Source of the DNA: Eledone cirrhosa
Taxonomy: Eukaryota
Assembly: GCA_964016885.1 (NCBI GenBank)
Contig: OZ024741.1
Location: forward strand, 366,234,001-366,298,000
Reading direction: 5' to 3'
Length of the DNA: 64,000 nucleotides
Part shown: one piece after another, positions 26,977 through 42,599 of the stretch
Layout of the letters: every line of letters begins with the position of its first letter
How positions within the stretch are numbered: the stretch's first letter is position 1
Notes under the pieces: model-generated
Databases searched by the model: none
What the model was told of the DNA's origin: nothing
Seen by the model: only the letters and a program-made list of their open reading frames with translations
Translations under genes and position numbers: made by a program

Positions 26977-27525
26977 CAGCGAAATTGTGGCAGAAAGAAT
27001 ATGATAAATTTACGTGTATAAATATATTCGAGCGAATGTGTATGTGTGCATGGATGGATGTATATAATAATATATACTACGTATATATATATATATATAT
27101 GTATGTGAGTTTGTGTGTATATATATATACATTCATACAAACACACAAACGCACACTCGGTTTTACTACTGCCTAAATACTACAAGTAAAGACTCGTCTT
27201 CCATTACCTTAATGCTTTTTTCCCGAAGCAAAATAAAGAACATAAAAAACACGTCTTTATCAGAAAAGTAGGTTTTGATTCTTTTACATATTTTATATGT
27301 ATCTATATATGTTGACTGCATTTACTTCTAAAGAACCATCTTTAACATATTGAACTTTAAGTCTCATACATATGAGATTCAGAATACAAAATGCTTTATT
27401 TTCTCTTTGACTAAAAACACAATTTCTCTCTGTGTATGCGTGTTTGTGTGATGTACAGAAGTGCAGTTGTTCAGATAGTTGTTCAATAGATGACGTGCTG
27501 AACTACATATCGACAGAAGAGACTT

Positions 27526-27566
<41 letters not shown>

Positions 27567-27596
27567 TATATGTATATATGTGTGTGTGTATATATG

Positions 27597-27627
<31 letters not shown>

Positions 27628-30600
27628 ATACACGCACACACACACTCACAGACAGACACACACATACCCAAATATATATAATTTACGTCTTGTAGTATAT
27701 GACTCTTCACGAAAGGAAACTTTATATTCAGCGACAGAAGACATGACAGACCTAGACCCATAGTGAATAGTAATTAGCTTTCCTGTTGCATGAAAACGCC
27801 TCTTTTTTTCAATTTCCTTTTTATTTAAATTTTTGATACATTATGTATTTCTTTATTTCTATATCCATTTATTAAATTTAAAAAAGGCTGAGGTATGCAT
27901 ATAAATTGAGGATACAAATATTTGCTTATCCTCATACAAACGCACGTCCATATATGTATAGGGAATGTAAGAGAACAAAAATTAAAATGGCGTAAATTGA
28001 GCATATTAATTTAACGCTCAATTGCTGTTAAAAATGTTAGCACATAATTTTGGCGGTTATGCCTTTTTTTTTTTGGAGAGTAGAAAGAGAAGAAGAAAAA
28101 CTTGCATGAAAGCAAGAAAAATAAAAAAAATAAATGCATGTTGGATTATTTTTAAATCATTGCGTTTGTAAAGGGAGGTAAGCAATAATTATAGTGTGAG
28201 TACACTGGCAAACACATACATGTACAGCTGTGCGTAGGCTCAAACACTTGAAATAGACAGATATAGTGTGTGTATTTGTGTATCAGTGGCATGAGAAGTG
28301 GTAGGAAGAGGAACTGGGGTTTATAGGTATATATGTGTGCATGTATGTTAGTATATGTATGCAATTATGTATGTCAGTATATCTGTATGTATGTATGTAT
28401 GTATGTATGTATGTATGTATGTATGTATGTATGTATGTATGTATGTATGTATGTGTGTATGTATGTATATGTGTGTGTACCTATGTATGTATGCATGCAT
28501 GTATTTATGTATGTGTGTTTGTATGTTATCTATTTAAACCTGAGTCAGCGTGAGTTGCTATCCGGAGTTTCTTGCTCCTTGTCCTCTAACAACTAAACTG
28601 TCAGTACTCAGAAGCTGTTCTATCTACCCACCGACCAGTGGCTTTTATTTTATCCCTCTATCTAATTATTTATAATGTCTTTGATCATCCGGCACTGCTA
28701 ACAATCTAGCGAGCGCTTATGGATAACAATAGTGTGCGTGATATTGAGTAGAGAAGAGGAACTATAGCAAATAAAAAGAAACAAGAACTGAGCATATACA
28801 ATAAAGACAGTGACAAATAGACTTGGAAGTAAAGAAGTGGGTAATAAAAATAACTAAGAAAACGAAAACGAAGATGATATTTTAACATTTTTTGAAACTT
28901 ATATAAAGGTTTATTCATACGAGTTTTCATATAGTGATTCTATTTAAAGAGATATATAAAAACCACATCACTCAACGGTTGTAGCCTGATGACGTCGGTG
29001 TGTCACTAAACAAGCAAATACTGTAGGTTTGGCCTTTGATATACTGGAAATGTTTTCGGTGTAGCTATGATTGGCGGGGTTGGTTTTACTTTATATCTGG
29101 TGAAGTGTGAATTTGTTGAGACAGCCTGATTTCATTAATATGGATAATATCTACTTGATGTAGTATTTTTAATAGATGTGCTCGGAGCATGATGGATTGT
29201 TTAAATAGTTCGCTTTACAATCATAATGTCTCTGGTTCAATCTCATTGCAGTGTATCTTGGACATGTGTCATTTATCATAGCAACGAGTTGATATTGTGA
29301 GTTAATATGCTCAGCCGGAAAATAATTGGAAGCTTGTTGGATCAATTGTCTCTCTGAGAATTATATTCCGGTTACACTTGGTTGCGAAATGTTCAAACAA
29401 TCGCACATTAATTTCACTGTGGCTGTTGGTGTATTGTGCAAGATTGCGCTAATTAAATACCACCACTTCTATAGTTTCGACACTTGGTAAGCTGTAGTAT
29501 GGGTGGAAGCAGATGCATTTCGCTGGCAACCATATTGGTTATGTCCTATGATTGAGTTTTGTCAGAAGGTGGCGTCTTTTCAACCATGCTGGTGCATGTG
29601 TTTTTGTATAAGCGGAAAGATGCTGGTGGTAGTTTTTGAGACGGCTATCATTTAACAAGCTTAAGAAATTGTCATATGTATGCCTGAGTGTGTGTATACA
29701 TGTATATAATAGCCTACGATAACAGAATGAAGCAGCCTCTTTGACTTTCATCTTTCAAGGAACGATACCATAAAATACCAGGAATATATTGGGTCGATTT
29801 AATCGATTTACTTTTCTCATAAAATTGTTCTCCTTGTGCCTATTTTTAATATATAAGAACGACAAGGAAGCAGACCTCATTTGCTTACCTAGTAGGGTGG
29901 AACTCGTCACATCAGACCAAGGAAACAATGTTTCCTTTCCAATTGCTAATACTACCTACCAGTCACAACCCCTGGCAGAAGGAGCATGAAATAAATGTCA
30001 TGCTTAAGGGCATAACGCATCGCCTGGATAGCGAAACAGCTCCCAAACCACTAAGCCATGTGTCTATTTTACAAACAATCATTACACTCCATAATGGCAG
30101 AATTTGTTCCGGCTCGTTACAATTTGAATTCATGTCCTGCCAAGGTTAAATATTTCTTTCATTATCCTAGGTTCGATAAAATAAAGTGACAGTGAAGTAC
30201 TGGGTTCGATAAAATAAAGTGATAGTGAAGGACTGGGTTCGATAACATAAAGTGAAGTAGTTGGGTCCATAAAAAAGACTTTGCCTAGCCTCAACCCCAA
30301 AAAGAAATTGCTGGCCCTGTGCCAAAATTAGGAATAATTACTACATAGAAATAAAAAAACATTTGTTTATATTTACTTTTATACGTAACCATGGGAAATG
30401 TAATCCAATGGTTTTTCTTATTCGCAGTTGAAGGATTATATTAGACACAATTGCAACAAGAAATTAATAAGACTGATAGCATGAGATTAATGATGCAGGC
30501 ACGCTAACTGCAAGAGAGGGAGACAATCGGAGAGGGAAGCACTCTAACGAAAGAAAAACGTATACAAAAGATGTATTAAAGACAATCATAGTAAACACAT

Positions 30601-30652
30601 CTGTGTGTATATGTACGTGTGGTGCTCTGAAATAGTGATATATATATGAATG

Positions 30653-30900
30653 TATATATAGTGTATTTTTCAATACACTGTATGCTTAATTAAAAGCATT
30701 TCAAAGACCTTACGCTATTGTTTTAGAGTAGTGACAGTCTCACTTACTTTAAATTTTCAGCAAACAGGGGAGATAAAGGTGACAGAGCTCTGTTTCGTAC
30801 TTTTAAAGTAAGTGAGACTGTCACTACTCTAAAACAATAGCGTAAGGTCTTCGAAATGCTTTTAATTAAGCATACAGTGTATTGCAAAATACACTATATA
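30653..30900. mobile_element. Fold-back element with arms of about 100 bp and a 48-nt spacer holding the 3' half of a hammerhead
   Basis: 30653-30752 mirrors 30801-30900. The minus-strand spacer reads GAAA CAGAGCTCTG TC. Confidence 0.75.
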
Positions 30901-30972
30901 TATGCATGTTATATGTGTGTGTGGTGAGTATGTGTCTCCATCTTTCTTGCGTTTGTGTATATATACACACAC

Positions 30973-31020
<48 letters not shown>

Positions 31021-31650
31021 TGTGTGTATATATATATATACGTGTATTTATATGTGTATGTATATATTTTTGTGTGAATAGGATATATGAAGAGAACACA
31101 CGGTAACTTACTTTTTAACAAATCAACTTATATAATATATTGAATTAGAACGAGTTGCTAGAAATATTCAAGGAATTATATAGAGAAGATTGATTGAGAT
31201 TGAGTTAAAAGAAGAGACTTATATCTGATTGATCAAATAATATCTAGAGAAGAGAATATTTACCTGATTCAGAGCAGACTAAATTGTTCGTACATACAAG
31301 AATTTATATACACCTGAGGAGTTTCTATGACAGCAATCTTTTAAAGTATTATCACACTGATTCTCTATAGTAACCTCTGTTCCAACGTATTATCACGTTG
31401 GTTCTGGGAAGTGATTTCTCTTTCGATAGCTCTCTTTGATACGCCTTCTCCACCTTATGTAAATTATACTTTACACAAATCTATACATTCAATGCTAGAT
31501 TATATGTGCAATACTTACATGTCTCCCTATAAACAATGTGCTTTGATGCAGGTAGCTGAAAGCAACCATTCATTCATTTACGTTTTCTTGCTCCGGGTTA
31601 CAATTACAAATGATTGTATAAAACTTGCCGAAGAAAAAAGTAAATATTAT

Positions 31651-32088
31651 TAATAATAATTGTTTCTACGTTTGGCACAAGGCCGGCAATTACCCAGTAC
31701 ATTACTGGTACTTTATTTTATCGACCCTGTAAGGATGAAAGGCAAAGTTAACCTCGGCGGGATTTGAACTCAGACCATAAAGGGCCGTAACTCTTTGCTG
31801 CAAAGTATGGCGTCAGACCCTCGACCAACACTGCCAATCCACCGCCCTCTATTATTAATAATAATGTATTATTATTAATAATAATGTTTTCTTATATAGG
31901 CACAAGGCCAGCAATTTTGTGGGAGGCGAAGGTCGATTAAATCGACCCCAGTGCTTACTGGTACTATATTTTATCAACCCCGTAAGGATGAAAGGCAAAG
32001 GTAACTTCGGCGGGATTTAAATTCAAAATTTAAAGGGCCGCAACTCTATGCTGCAAAGCTTGTTGTCCGACGGTCTATCGATACTGCC
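31651..32088 (-). mobile_element. Two tandem Nin-like SINEs
   Basis: Reverse complements of the 5086 SINE: 31651-31846 and 31880-32088. Confidence 0.85.
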
Positions 32089-32104
32089 ATTCTAAATAAT
32101 AATA

Positions 32105-32920
32105 ATTTGTTTAGCCTTGCACTAAAACAATACATGCGCCGCCATCATAAGGTCAGTCTATACGTTCCTTACATTCTGTATCGTAAATACCAATATGAAG
32201 TCATACAGAATTAGTATGAACATGTACCTTGTAAAGTAATGCAGGACGATGTGAAAGCATCGATATTCTGGGATTATGTCTTTCAAACTGATAGAATAAG
32301 CATCACCGACCGGACATTGTCATGTTGAACAAGAATGATAAATACTGTCAGATCATCGACGTGGCCATATCAAATGACACGAATACTGTGAGTAAGGAGA
32401 TTGAATTGAAAGATTGATTGAATTGAAAGTGCAGCTGGAAAGACTTGTTGCTATGCAAGTGGGTAGTCTGAAGGCGCGTAGTTTTGTGGGTAGGGTATTG
32501 GGCTCACGATCGTAAGGTTGTGAGTTCGGTTCCCGGCGGCGCGTTGTGTCCTTGAGCAAGACATCTTATTTCACGTTGCTTCAGTCCACTCAGTTGGCAA
32601 AAATGAGTTGTACCTTTAATTCTAAGGGCCAGCTTTGTCACATTCGATGTCATACTGAATTTCCTTGAGAACTAAGTTAAGGGTACGTGTGTTTGTGGAA
32701 TGCTCAGCCACTTACACGTTACTTTGTCGAGCAGACTGTTCCGTTGCTCGTATCAACAAGAATAGTCGTCGGCATAACAGATGGAATGCCACTACTAATG
32801 TGAAAGTGACACCAGTTGTGATCGGGGCATTAGGATCAATCCCATTGAAACTTCAATTCTGGATTCCCAGTCGCTTTAAGAAGGTTGGGTGTCATACAAT
32901 AGGCGGCTTTGCTAGGTAGT
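32105..32920 (+). pseudogene. Decayed Dong/R4 RLE fragment after (TAA)n, interrupted by a SINE
   Basis: YMRRHHKV..ILWDYVFQTDR..RPDIV..IIDVA..VTPVVIGALG. Confidence 0.75.
32470..32790 (+). mobile_element. tRNA-derived CORE-like SINE
   Basis: GGCGCGTAG..GAGTTCGGTTCCCGG..TGTGTCCTTGAGCAAGACA..CAAAAATGAG. Confidence 0.75.
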
Positions 32921-33023
32921 ACGCACTGGGGGGGGGGGCGTTTAAAGTAAGTGTTAAATCGATCCCAGTACATTACTGGTGCTTTATTTGATCAATCGTA
33001 AGGGGTCAATAAAATAGAGCACC

Positions 33024-33056
<33 letters not shown>

Positions 33057-33119
33057 TGTTTCTACTTTAGGCACAAGGCCAGCAATTACCCAGTGCTTTA
33101 CTGGTACTTTAATAATAAT

Positions 33120-33560
33120 AATGAGGTTGAAACAGTGGACCACCTAGTTTCTGGATGTAAAGTTTCAGCCCCGGTAGAGTATAAATATAGACATGACAGA
33201 GTTGGCCAATATTATAAAAAAGCTGCTGACAAGTGGTACAATCCTCACCCTGAGGCTGTAACTGAAGTAGAAAAACTAAAAATTCTTTTGGGAATTTCCT
33301 GTACATACTGACCAGACCATAAAAGCTAATAGACCAGATATCATTGTAAAAGACCAACATAGCAAGGTCTGTTTATTGATTAAAATGAGCATCTCATGTG
33401 ATCACAATATCGCAGCAAAAGAATTTGACAAGCTAAGAGAATATAAAGATCTGCTTATTGAAATCGAAAAAATGTGGCACATCAAGGCCGTTACAATACC
33501 AGTGATTGTGGAAGCACTGGGAATGATCAGAAAAGAACACAACAGTATTTGCGAATGATT
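33120..33560 (+). pseudogene. Decayed Dong/R4 RLE fragment after (TAA)n
   Basis: ETVDHLVSGC..YKYRHDRVG..RPDIIV..K..EYKDLLIEIEKMW..IPVIVEALG. Confidence 0.85.
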
Positions 33561-33884
33561 CCTTGAAGAATAAAATGCAAAGTTAGCCCCAGTAAGATGT
33601 GAACTCAGAACATTTAGAAATACGGATAGTCTCTCGTTCCGTCTCTCTAACGATTCTGCTAATCAGCCAATGATAACTACGCAGTTCTTGCAAAATCCCA
33701 ATATATCAGTTATATCAACCAGTACATAACTGCTATTTTGTCGACCCTAATAGCATGAAAGTTAATGTCTACTTTTACACAATGTGGACGCACTTAACCA
33801 AATGTTACGCATCATTGTTTCTGTCACTCCAGCGATTTTAATCATTCAATTCACAGACATTAAAATAACCCCTAGAGACTATAG

Positions 33885-33885
33885 A

Positions 33886-33942
<57 letters not shown>

Positions 33943-34400
33943 AAGAAGAAGAAGAAGAAGAAGAAGAAGAAGAAGAAGAAGAAGAAGAAGAAGAAGAAGA
34001 AGAAGAAGAATAGTTGTTTCTTTGCCATCTGCCTACTACTACTATTGTTGTTGGTGATGATGATGATGATGATAGCTAAAGATATCCGGCGGAGGAATGT
34101 TCTTTACTATTATATTATTCTAAATCTCTATTTTACTCCATTATACATTCTCTTTTTGTCCTTTTCTGTTCAGTCTCCCACCACCACCACCACCACCGCC
34201 ACCACCACCACTACTACCAACACCATCACCACCACCGACACCAGCAACATCACCAAAACAACCACCACCGACGCCATCACTACCACTACCGCCACCACCA
34301 CCACAACTACCACCATCACAAACACCAACACCGACACAGCCACCACCATTACCACTGACACCAACACTACCACCACCGCCCCCACCACAACTACCACTGA
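33885..34400. repeat. (AGT)n-(AGA)n and (ACC)n-rich simple repeats
   Basis: Direct reading. Confidence 0.9.
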
Positions 34401-34811
34401 TCTCTTTATTTCCGGTCATCATTCACTGGCGTTTCTATATAACATATGCATTACGTACGCTTATATATTTGGTTTGATCTAGTTATGACTGTAGCTGTTG
34501 TTGTAGCTGCTGTTGTAGTAGTAGTTTTAGCTGCTGTTGTTGTAGTTGTTATTATTGGTGATGGTGGTGGCGATGGCGATGGTTGTTTCATGCTATGTTC
34601 CATCTTCTGCATTCGCTGTTCTTTTCCATTGCCTGCTATGCTGCTTATGTGGCTGCCTCGGGGTAGTTTCTCTCTACATTAACTCTCACACGAAACTTCG
34701 TCTTTCATATACGTATACATTTCTATGTATGTGTATGTTTTTAGATATATATGTTTGTACAGACATATATATATATATATGTATACATATATATATATGT
34801 ATACATATATG

Positions 34812-34924
<113 letters not shown>

Positions 34925-34945
34925 ATAGGTACAGATATATATATA

Positions 34946-35005
<60 letters not shown>

Positions 35006-35010
35006 TTCAT

Positions 35011-35060
<50 letters not shown>

Positions 35061-36874
35061 GTGCACACACTCATACACACACACATATATATATATGTGT
35101 GTGCACGAATATACGTATATGTGTGTGCGTGTGTCAATGTATTTATGTATTATGACAATGCTTATGTGCATGATTTGTGTGTATGTTTAATGCTTAAAAG
35201 AGTGCGTGGGTGCATGCAAAGAAACGTTGTCATCAGTATTCATCTGTAAGCTGAAATAAATAGTTATATATCGGTTGAAGAAATCATGTAAGATTTATAA
35301 TAAATAATACTTGACGTGCTGTAAGATGGCGTGTAACTATCCAGCATTGCCTTTTATCCAGTATTGTTGCATTTATGAATAACTTGTACATACTTGCCAA
35401 ACACGAAATCTCGTTTATTGTAATATGCATATATGTACAAATTATGTAAAATATATTTTATGTATGTTTTCTGTGTGTTCTAGGTATGGCTATATGAACT
35501 TATGTATTTGTGTATGTAATGGTGTATTTACTGGTAGAATTGTGTTATTCTGTCATTTCTAGCTTGACACTTAAATCTCGAACGATTTTATGCGGATTGG
35601 AAAATTGAAACTAGTAGGACAACAATCTTCCAGCTTAAACGTGTGGTGATTTCTTAAGTAGAAAAGAAGATTTTAGTACCTTGCCTATAGCTACACGGAA
35701 TATGGTTGTAGTACTAGGATTTCCATTATCATATCCACTGGACTATTAGTTAGCAAGCAAAAGATACTCCAATATCAAGTCTTTAATTTAGCAATAATGT
35801 ATGTTTATCTATACTTATAAATACATACGCACGGACCATTAAACATATTTGTTAATGCTTCTTATGAACTGCAAACCAAAAGCCACATATTTGTTACAAG
35901 GTTATAAGGTTAAGATCTTACAACTGGCTTTTAACTTAAAACGCATTTACTATATCTAGTTTTCAGATGCATTGTTTGAACTTTGTATTTCTATCTATAT
36001 TCACTATTATTCAAAATATGTAAGACAACTCTACGTGCTTAAATATGATCCTGTACCACTATTTCATATATTAATTTTAATTTAAAATGGGTGAAGACGT
36101 GTGGCTTCCTGGTTACGGTAGTGGTCTCACAATTGTATGATTGTGAATTCAATTTCTGGAAACAATTACGACGAAGCTTGTATCGACCTTTATTTTTCCA
36201 ATATTGGTGTCATAGAGAGAGAAAACTCGCAAGCATGGTTGACTGTTATTTTTCTACAAAACACTTTGTCAATGTTTGTGTCTTGGAAAGGACATTATCT
36301 AGGTACAAACATAAGGTCAGTCATGACCAAGGGGTTCCAATATTTATAACATGTATGAAATTGTTATTCAAACTTCAGCTTTGACCAATATTCTCGGCTG
36401 AAACAGCCAATGTCTCCAGAAATAGATGCTTTATAATAAAGATGGACATCATTTTATTGGTTTCAGTCATTAGACTGTAATACATCCTGACAAGAAATAT
36501 AAAGTTTTCTATATTTTTACTGTTCTGCTTGAAGCTTGGACTTTCAATATACTAGTTAGATAATTTCTTTATTTCCCCGGAAACTCACATTTTTCGATAT
36601 TACTACTTAACTATTTCGTAACGTAACCAAGGGCATCAATAATTACAAGTAAATATATAGGATATAATCTGAATAGAGAGGTTTTGTAGACTACAATTTT
36701 TTTCAACACGCTAACACGTATGTTTATATGTGTGCGCATGTATGTAAGTGGATATGCATACATTTATATGTATGAGTATATAAATATAAACGCACAAATA
36801 CAGACACACTTACAAAAATAAACACTCACAGGCATACATTCACACATATACACATACATTCATACAAACACTCA

Positions 36875-36943
<69 letters not shown>

Positions 36944-37800
36944 TCACGCATAGTGTTGCAAATGTAACGCCAGCTGCTGTTTTGCTATTGTATTTTTACC
37001 ATCCAATTCCTTCCTTTTACACACATACTTTCACACAAACACACACATTGTGTGACGGACGGAAATCGCTCAAATTTATATATAGAAGTTCTTTCTCAAA
37101 ATGGTTTCCTGCTTTCACTAATTTCAAATGAAATGCCGAGATACGTGAGCCTCTATGACAATACAGGATTCAGTTTTCAACTTCAAACAGATATGTCAGG
37201 GTTGTTGTTCCTGTGGATGACATTTTTGTCGTTTAATACAATGTTAATCCCGATCAAGAAGTTCTATAGTTACAACATTAGATTGGTCTTCACAGGTTCT
37301 TACCTTCAACAGTGGTTTGTAACATAGAGATGTATCTATGAGAGAATTCAAAGCAGCGATAAATGTGTTTTTTTTTTATATTCTATTCTAAATAAGGTTG
37401 AACTGTTACGTAAAGAGAAAACAGACTGGATGTAACTTGGCATGATTTAGAAAACAAAAGCATTGAAAGAAGACACTATTTTAGTGAGTGGTTATCATCT
37501 GTTGTTGAATATGTATGTATGTACACACACACACACATATATATATATATACGTATATATATATATATACACGTATATATATATATATATATATACATAT
37601 GTGTATATATACATATATACATATATATATATGTATATATACATATATATATATACATATACACATATATATATGTAAATATATATATATATATATATAC
37701 ACGTATATATATATATATATATTTACATATATATATGTGTATATGTATATATATATATGTATATATACATATATATATATGTATATATGTATATATACAC

Positions 37801-37889
<89 letters not shown>

Positions 37890-38890
37890 AGCTGTAGAAC
37901 TATTGAATCAGTGTAGTACACGTAATCTACACAAACCTCTTTTTGTTTTTAATCGAAACTCAAGAATAATACGATCTACGCTGTTAGAATGGTAATTCAT
38001 TTAAAACCATTTGTTGCTGATTTGCTTATGTAATAGATCGATAGATTTCTGTAGATTGAGGTTCCGATATATAATCGCACACGCTGTATCAAATAATCAA
38101 ATTTGTATTTCACTGTAAGGGTTTTCAGTCGTTTCAAAGGACATTTAACTCGATATGTGTTTATTTAGATTTCAACCAGCTTTCAGTCAATCTCGAACAT
38201 TTAATGTCTTATAAACTGGAATCTTATGCCTATTCCAATTAGATAATATATATTTAATCGCATTAACACTTCAAAAAAATTTCAGATAAGCAATAGATTT
38301 TCTGAGGCTATTCAATCTATCCAATGAATTAACTTCATTAGATACTTTATCGGCTGTATCTCCACTCTCTTTGAATAGGATAAATAGTACACAGAGTTAA
38401 AACAACATTTTTCATACGATTTAACATATAGATGACCGTGGAAAGCAATTAAAAAAAAACTGTATATTCTCTCTCTAAGTTGAGCACCAGCTATCTTGTT
38501 TCTCACATCTCTCCATCTCTGATCAGAGAAAGATATATTTTGATGTCATTTTATTTTATTTTTGGTTTGGTTTGTTTCTTGGGACATTTGCTTCACTTTC
38601 TTTTTGTGTGTGTTTCTGTAGAGTGATGTAATAATTTTCTATTTCTAACTTAGTATACGTTCCTCCTTTCCATTCACCAAGCTCGAAATTTCAAGAAAAT
38701 ATTTTCGCCTGACTGAGCTATCAAATAAAAACGGTAAGTTTGTTTTACTTGGGAGGTGTGGGGGAAGAGAAATCAGACCTATCAACTCTCAGCGTCGGAC
38801 GGTAGAATCTCATACCTATTTTGGGGTGGATGAGAGATGTCTTCTCTTCTGAAAATGGGTATAGCTTTCATTATTTAAAATCTCCCTAAA

Positions 38891-39083
38891 GGGTGGTGGA
38901 TTGGCAGTATCGGTAGAGGGTCGGACGCCATGCTTTGACGCATAGAGTTACGGTCCTTGCCATTCTGAGTTCAAATCCCGCCGAGGTTAACTTTGCCTTT
39001 CATCCTTACGGGGTCGATAAAATAAAGTACCAGTAATGTACTGAGTAATTGCTGGCCTTGTGCCAATAGTAGAAACAATTATT
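38891..39083 (+). mobile_element. Nin-like SINE inserted into a MITE, with TSD
   Basis: Flanking duplication ATTATTTAAAATCTCCCT. Confidence 0.85.
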
Positions 39084-39455
39084 TAAAATCTCCCTATTTT
39101 GCCTAATTTCTCCACGTCTTGAGGCACTTAATTTCTTAGTACTCCCTGTTTTGGTTTATAGAGGTTGGCATGTCTGGAGGAAGACACCGTGGACTTGACA
39201 AGGCCACAGAAACAAGAGGGATTGATAACGTTGATGATAAGTATAAAATGTCAGGTGTTAACAAACCATTGGCGATGGTAGCACATGCAAAAATATGCAT
39301 ACAAGCACAACCATACAGACACACACACACACACGTGTGTGTGTGTGTGTGTGGTAAGGCTAAGGTCAAGAGAGAAAGAAAGAAAACTACAGACAAAAAT
39401 GTGAACTTTTCTCCCTAAATATGTACGTAAAAACAGATTCTCCCCCTATATTCTT

Positions 39456-39615
39456 AGAGGGTCGGACACCATGGTTTGACGCATAGAGTTACGGCCCTTG
39501 CCATAAACCCGCCGAGGTTAACTTTGCCTTTCATCCTTACGGGGTCGATAAAATAAAGTACCATTAATGCACTGGGTAATTGCTGGCCTTGTGCGAAAAG
39601 TAGAAACAATTATTA
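39456..39615 (+). mobile_element. Nin-like SINE, truncated
   Basis: Homology to the 38891 copy. Confidence 0.8.
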
Positions 39616-39815
39616 TTCTTATTAATATGTAATTTAATTGCATAATACACTTCCGTCGTTGAAATAGCATATAAGCTGAAATCGGTACAATTAAATGCGG
39701 AAATTCCTATTTTGTAAATAAATGTTTTGATGCTATTCTGAGAGAAAATCCCTTTAGCATTCTCTACTGTTTTTTTTTTCTTTTGTACTATTTATATATA
39801 TAATATATTAATTAT

Positions 39816-39861
<46 letters not shown>

Positions 39862-41254
39862 AGTAATAATTAAGGGTGAAAGTTGCGATTCTTTGGGGAA
39901 ATGGAGAAGGGTTCGAGTTTCGGAGAGAAGTTCTTCATCAGGAAAGTCCCGATAAGTAGAGAATAGATAGATGTATGAAAGTAGTGCGTGAAAGTTAGGA
40001 AAGGAAGTTATGGAAAGTGTGTTGGGATGAGATTGATAAGTTGGGATGGTAGATGAAGAGTTGGGCCATGGGGGTGGGGGTTGAAGTGGAAGGTACAGAG
40101 GTGTCATGGGAGTTGTTGTGTGTGTGTCGAAGGAAAGAAATTCGTAGAGGTGTGTTTCTTCAGTCTGTGTACATGTGAAGCCATGGGTGTCTTAGTATTT
40201 TATATTGTTAGTGTGTGCACACTGGTGTATGTGTGTGTGTATAAGTCTGTGAGTTCTTAGGTCTTTTGTGCATGTGTGCGAGTGTGAGCGTGTGTATGTG
40301 TGTGTGGGAGGCTTTTTCTCTTGTTTCTGTGTGCGTGAGTGTGTACGTTTGCGTGTGTATATATTCACGAGTGTTTCGGATGAGTCTATGTGTGTGTGCA
40401 CGTGTGTTGGTGGTTTTGTATTATCTGTAGAGGCAAGCTTTTGCGTGTGTGCTTATTAGTCTCTGTGTGTATGAGATTTTTTCTATTGTTTCTATATATG
40501 TGAGAGTGTATGTTCGCGCGTGTGTGTCGGATGAGTGATTGTGCACGTGTGTGTGTGTGTGTGTGTGTATTGTCACGTGTGTGACCACATGGGCGTTGAG
40601 GTTATGTAGTTCAGTTGTGGAAGAATTTTAAGTGCATGTGTGTGAGGGTGGATGAGTGTATGTATTTATATATACACACATAAGTGGATATACTTTATAA
40701 ATACACATATAGAATATACTTGTTCTCAACTTAATATATACATATATATATATACTTTTTCTCAACGTTTTTCCGTTCCTTCCACTTATCACTGTTTAAC
40801 TTTCTATTTCATGCTTTGTTTCTCATTCTATCTTTTGATGAATAATTAGTGTCCAAAACGTTAAGACACTTTTCCTATTATTTCAAGCGTGAAACTAATA
40901 TATTTCTTCGTTGTATTGTGTCGTTTGCTTTGTTATTTCTGATCACGATTTACATACACTGAAATTGTTTCAACTCGCCACGCGTATGTATACATGTGTG
41001 TGCGTGGGTGTATGTGCATATGCAAACATTTATATGTATGAGTATAGAAATATAAACGCAAAAACACAAACATTTATAAAAATACAGACTCACAGACATA
41101 TATTCACACAAATACATACACAAACACACACACACACACAAACATTGTATGACGAACGGAAGTCGCTCAAATTTATACATAGATACATACATACATGTAT
41201 GCATACATATGTATGAATATATATATGTATATATATATATATATAAATATATAT

Positions 41255-41335
<81 letters not shown>

Positions 41336-41397
41336 GCACTGGGTAATTGCTGGCGTTGTGCCAAAAGTAGAAACAATTATATATATATATATAAAAT

Positions 41398-41431
<34 letters not shown>

Positions 41432-41750
41432 TACTCAAACACACGAAACATATAGATGGCAAGCGCTCACATAAAGAGATATAGATAAGCAAAATTGATA
41501 TATATTGCTACTCCGTTAGATAGAAAATCTGTCATTTCCTACTCGTGGCTAATTTAATACCTGAGAGGCATACGGAGTGAAAAATACAGACATTGCTGTG
41601 TTTTATTAGAAAACATATAATACATACATTATCGTATTTGTGCTGCTTAGATCTTCATATCCGGAAACACAACACAGACAACCATCATATCCACATATAT
41701 ATGTGCGTGTCAATATATATACATATGTAGATATGTATATGCATATATAC

Positions 41751-41850
<100 letters not shown>

Positions 41851-41902
41851 ATATATATATGTATATATATGTATAAATATATGTATATTGTTATATTTGT
41901 GG

Positions 41903-41981
<79 letters not shown>

Positions 41982-42157
41982 AACAGAGAAAGCCTTAAGC
42001 TATACTCTGACTGGCTACCATCTCACTCAACAAACATTAGGATATACCTTAGTATAATCCCAATTTTACGTTTGGGGTGCTAACTATATGTATTTTGTGG
42101 AAAGCCAGTTGTATTATTTTATATGAGATATAATTAAAATTAAAATATATCTCTCTT

Positions 42158-42279
42158 TCCAAACAATTGTTTCATTATAAGTTTTTTACAAGTTGGGAGA
42201 ATGTGTCCGGTTTATGTAGAAGTCTGCATATTTTTCTGTAAGAACATATGCAGGTGAGCACTTATAAATCATCAGTGGA
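42158..42279 (-). ncRNA. Hammerhead, family F, 95-nt branched stem II
   Basis: TCCA CTGATGA [tttataag...cttataat] GAAA CAATTG TT TGGA. Confidence 0.85.
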
Positions 42280-42543
42280 TACCCGTCAAACATTGATATG
42301 AGAAAAAATGTCTTACCGCAGTTAGTTTTCGCATCATAATGACCGCCAAATTTGAAATTCCAGCAGTCTCAGAATGAGGAATTTCACAGCGTCACGAAGC
42401 GGAAAAGGGAGGCAATCGCGAAACACAAGGAAGTAAAATAATTTACACGTGGGTCAATTAGTTTTTTCAACAATTTTAACCCTGTATATATATATATAGT
42501 GACGAAACATAAGTCAATTGCATGAAATAATAATCCTTTATTT

Positions 42544-42599
42544 ACTGCTATATATATTTCGATGATAGCCAATGAATGGCTATGACCTCATCAGGCAGT
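42544..42599 (-). ncRNA. Type I hammerhead ribozyme, family G, intact core, in a PLE 3' end (42498-42818)
   Basis: ACTGC CTGATGA GGTcATAGCCA ttcat TGGCTATcATC GAAA TATATA TA GCAGT. An upstream frame ends ..PDGLN, as PLE endonucleases often do. Confidence 0.9.

Noticed and set aside
28981-29030. CTGATGA possible hammerhead
   Set aside because: No GAAA, and stems I and II do not pair convincingly.
34045-34482. Thr-rich or Gly-rich mucin-like ORFs
   Set aside because: Degenerate (ACC)n repeat.
36552-37086. Possible Helitron, partly repeated at 40970-41183
   Set aside because: A TC-like end is present, but no clear 3' hairpin plus CTAG pairing; left unclassified.
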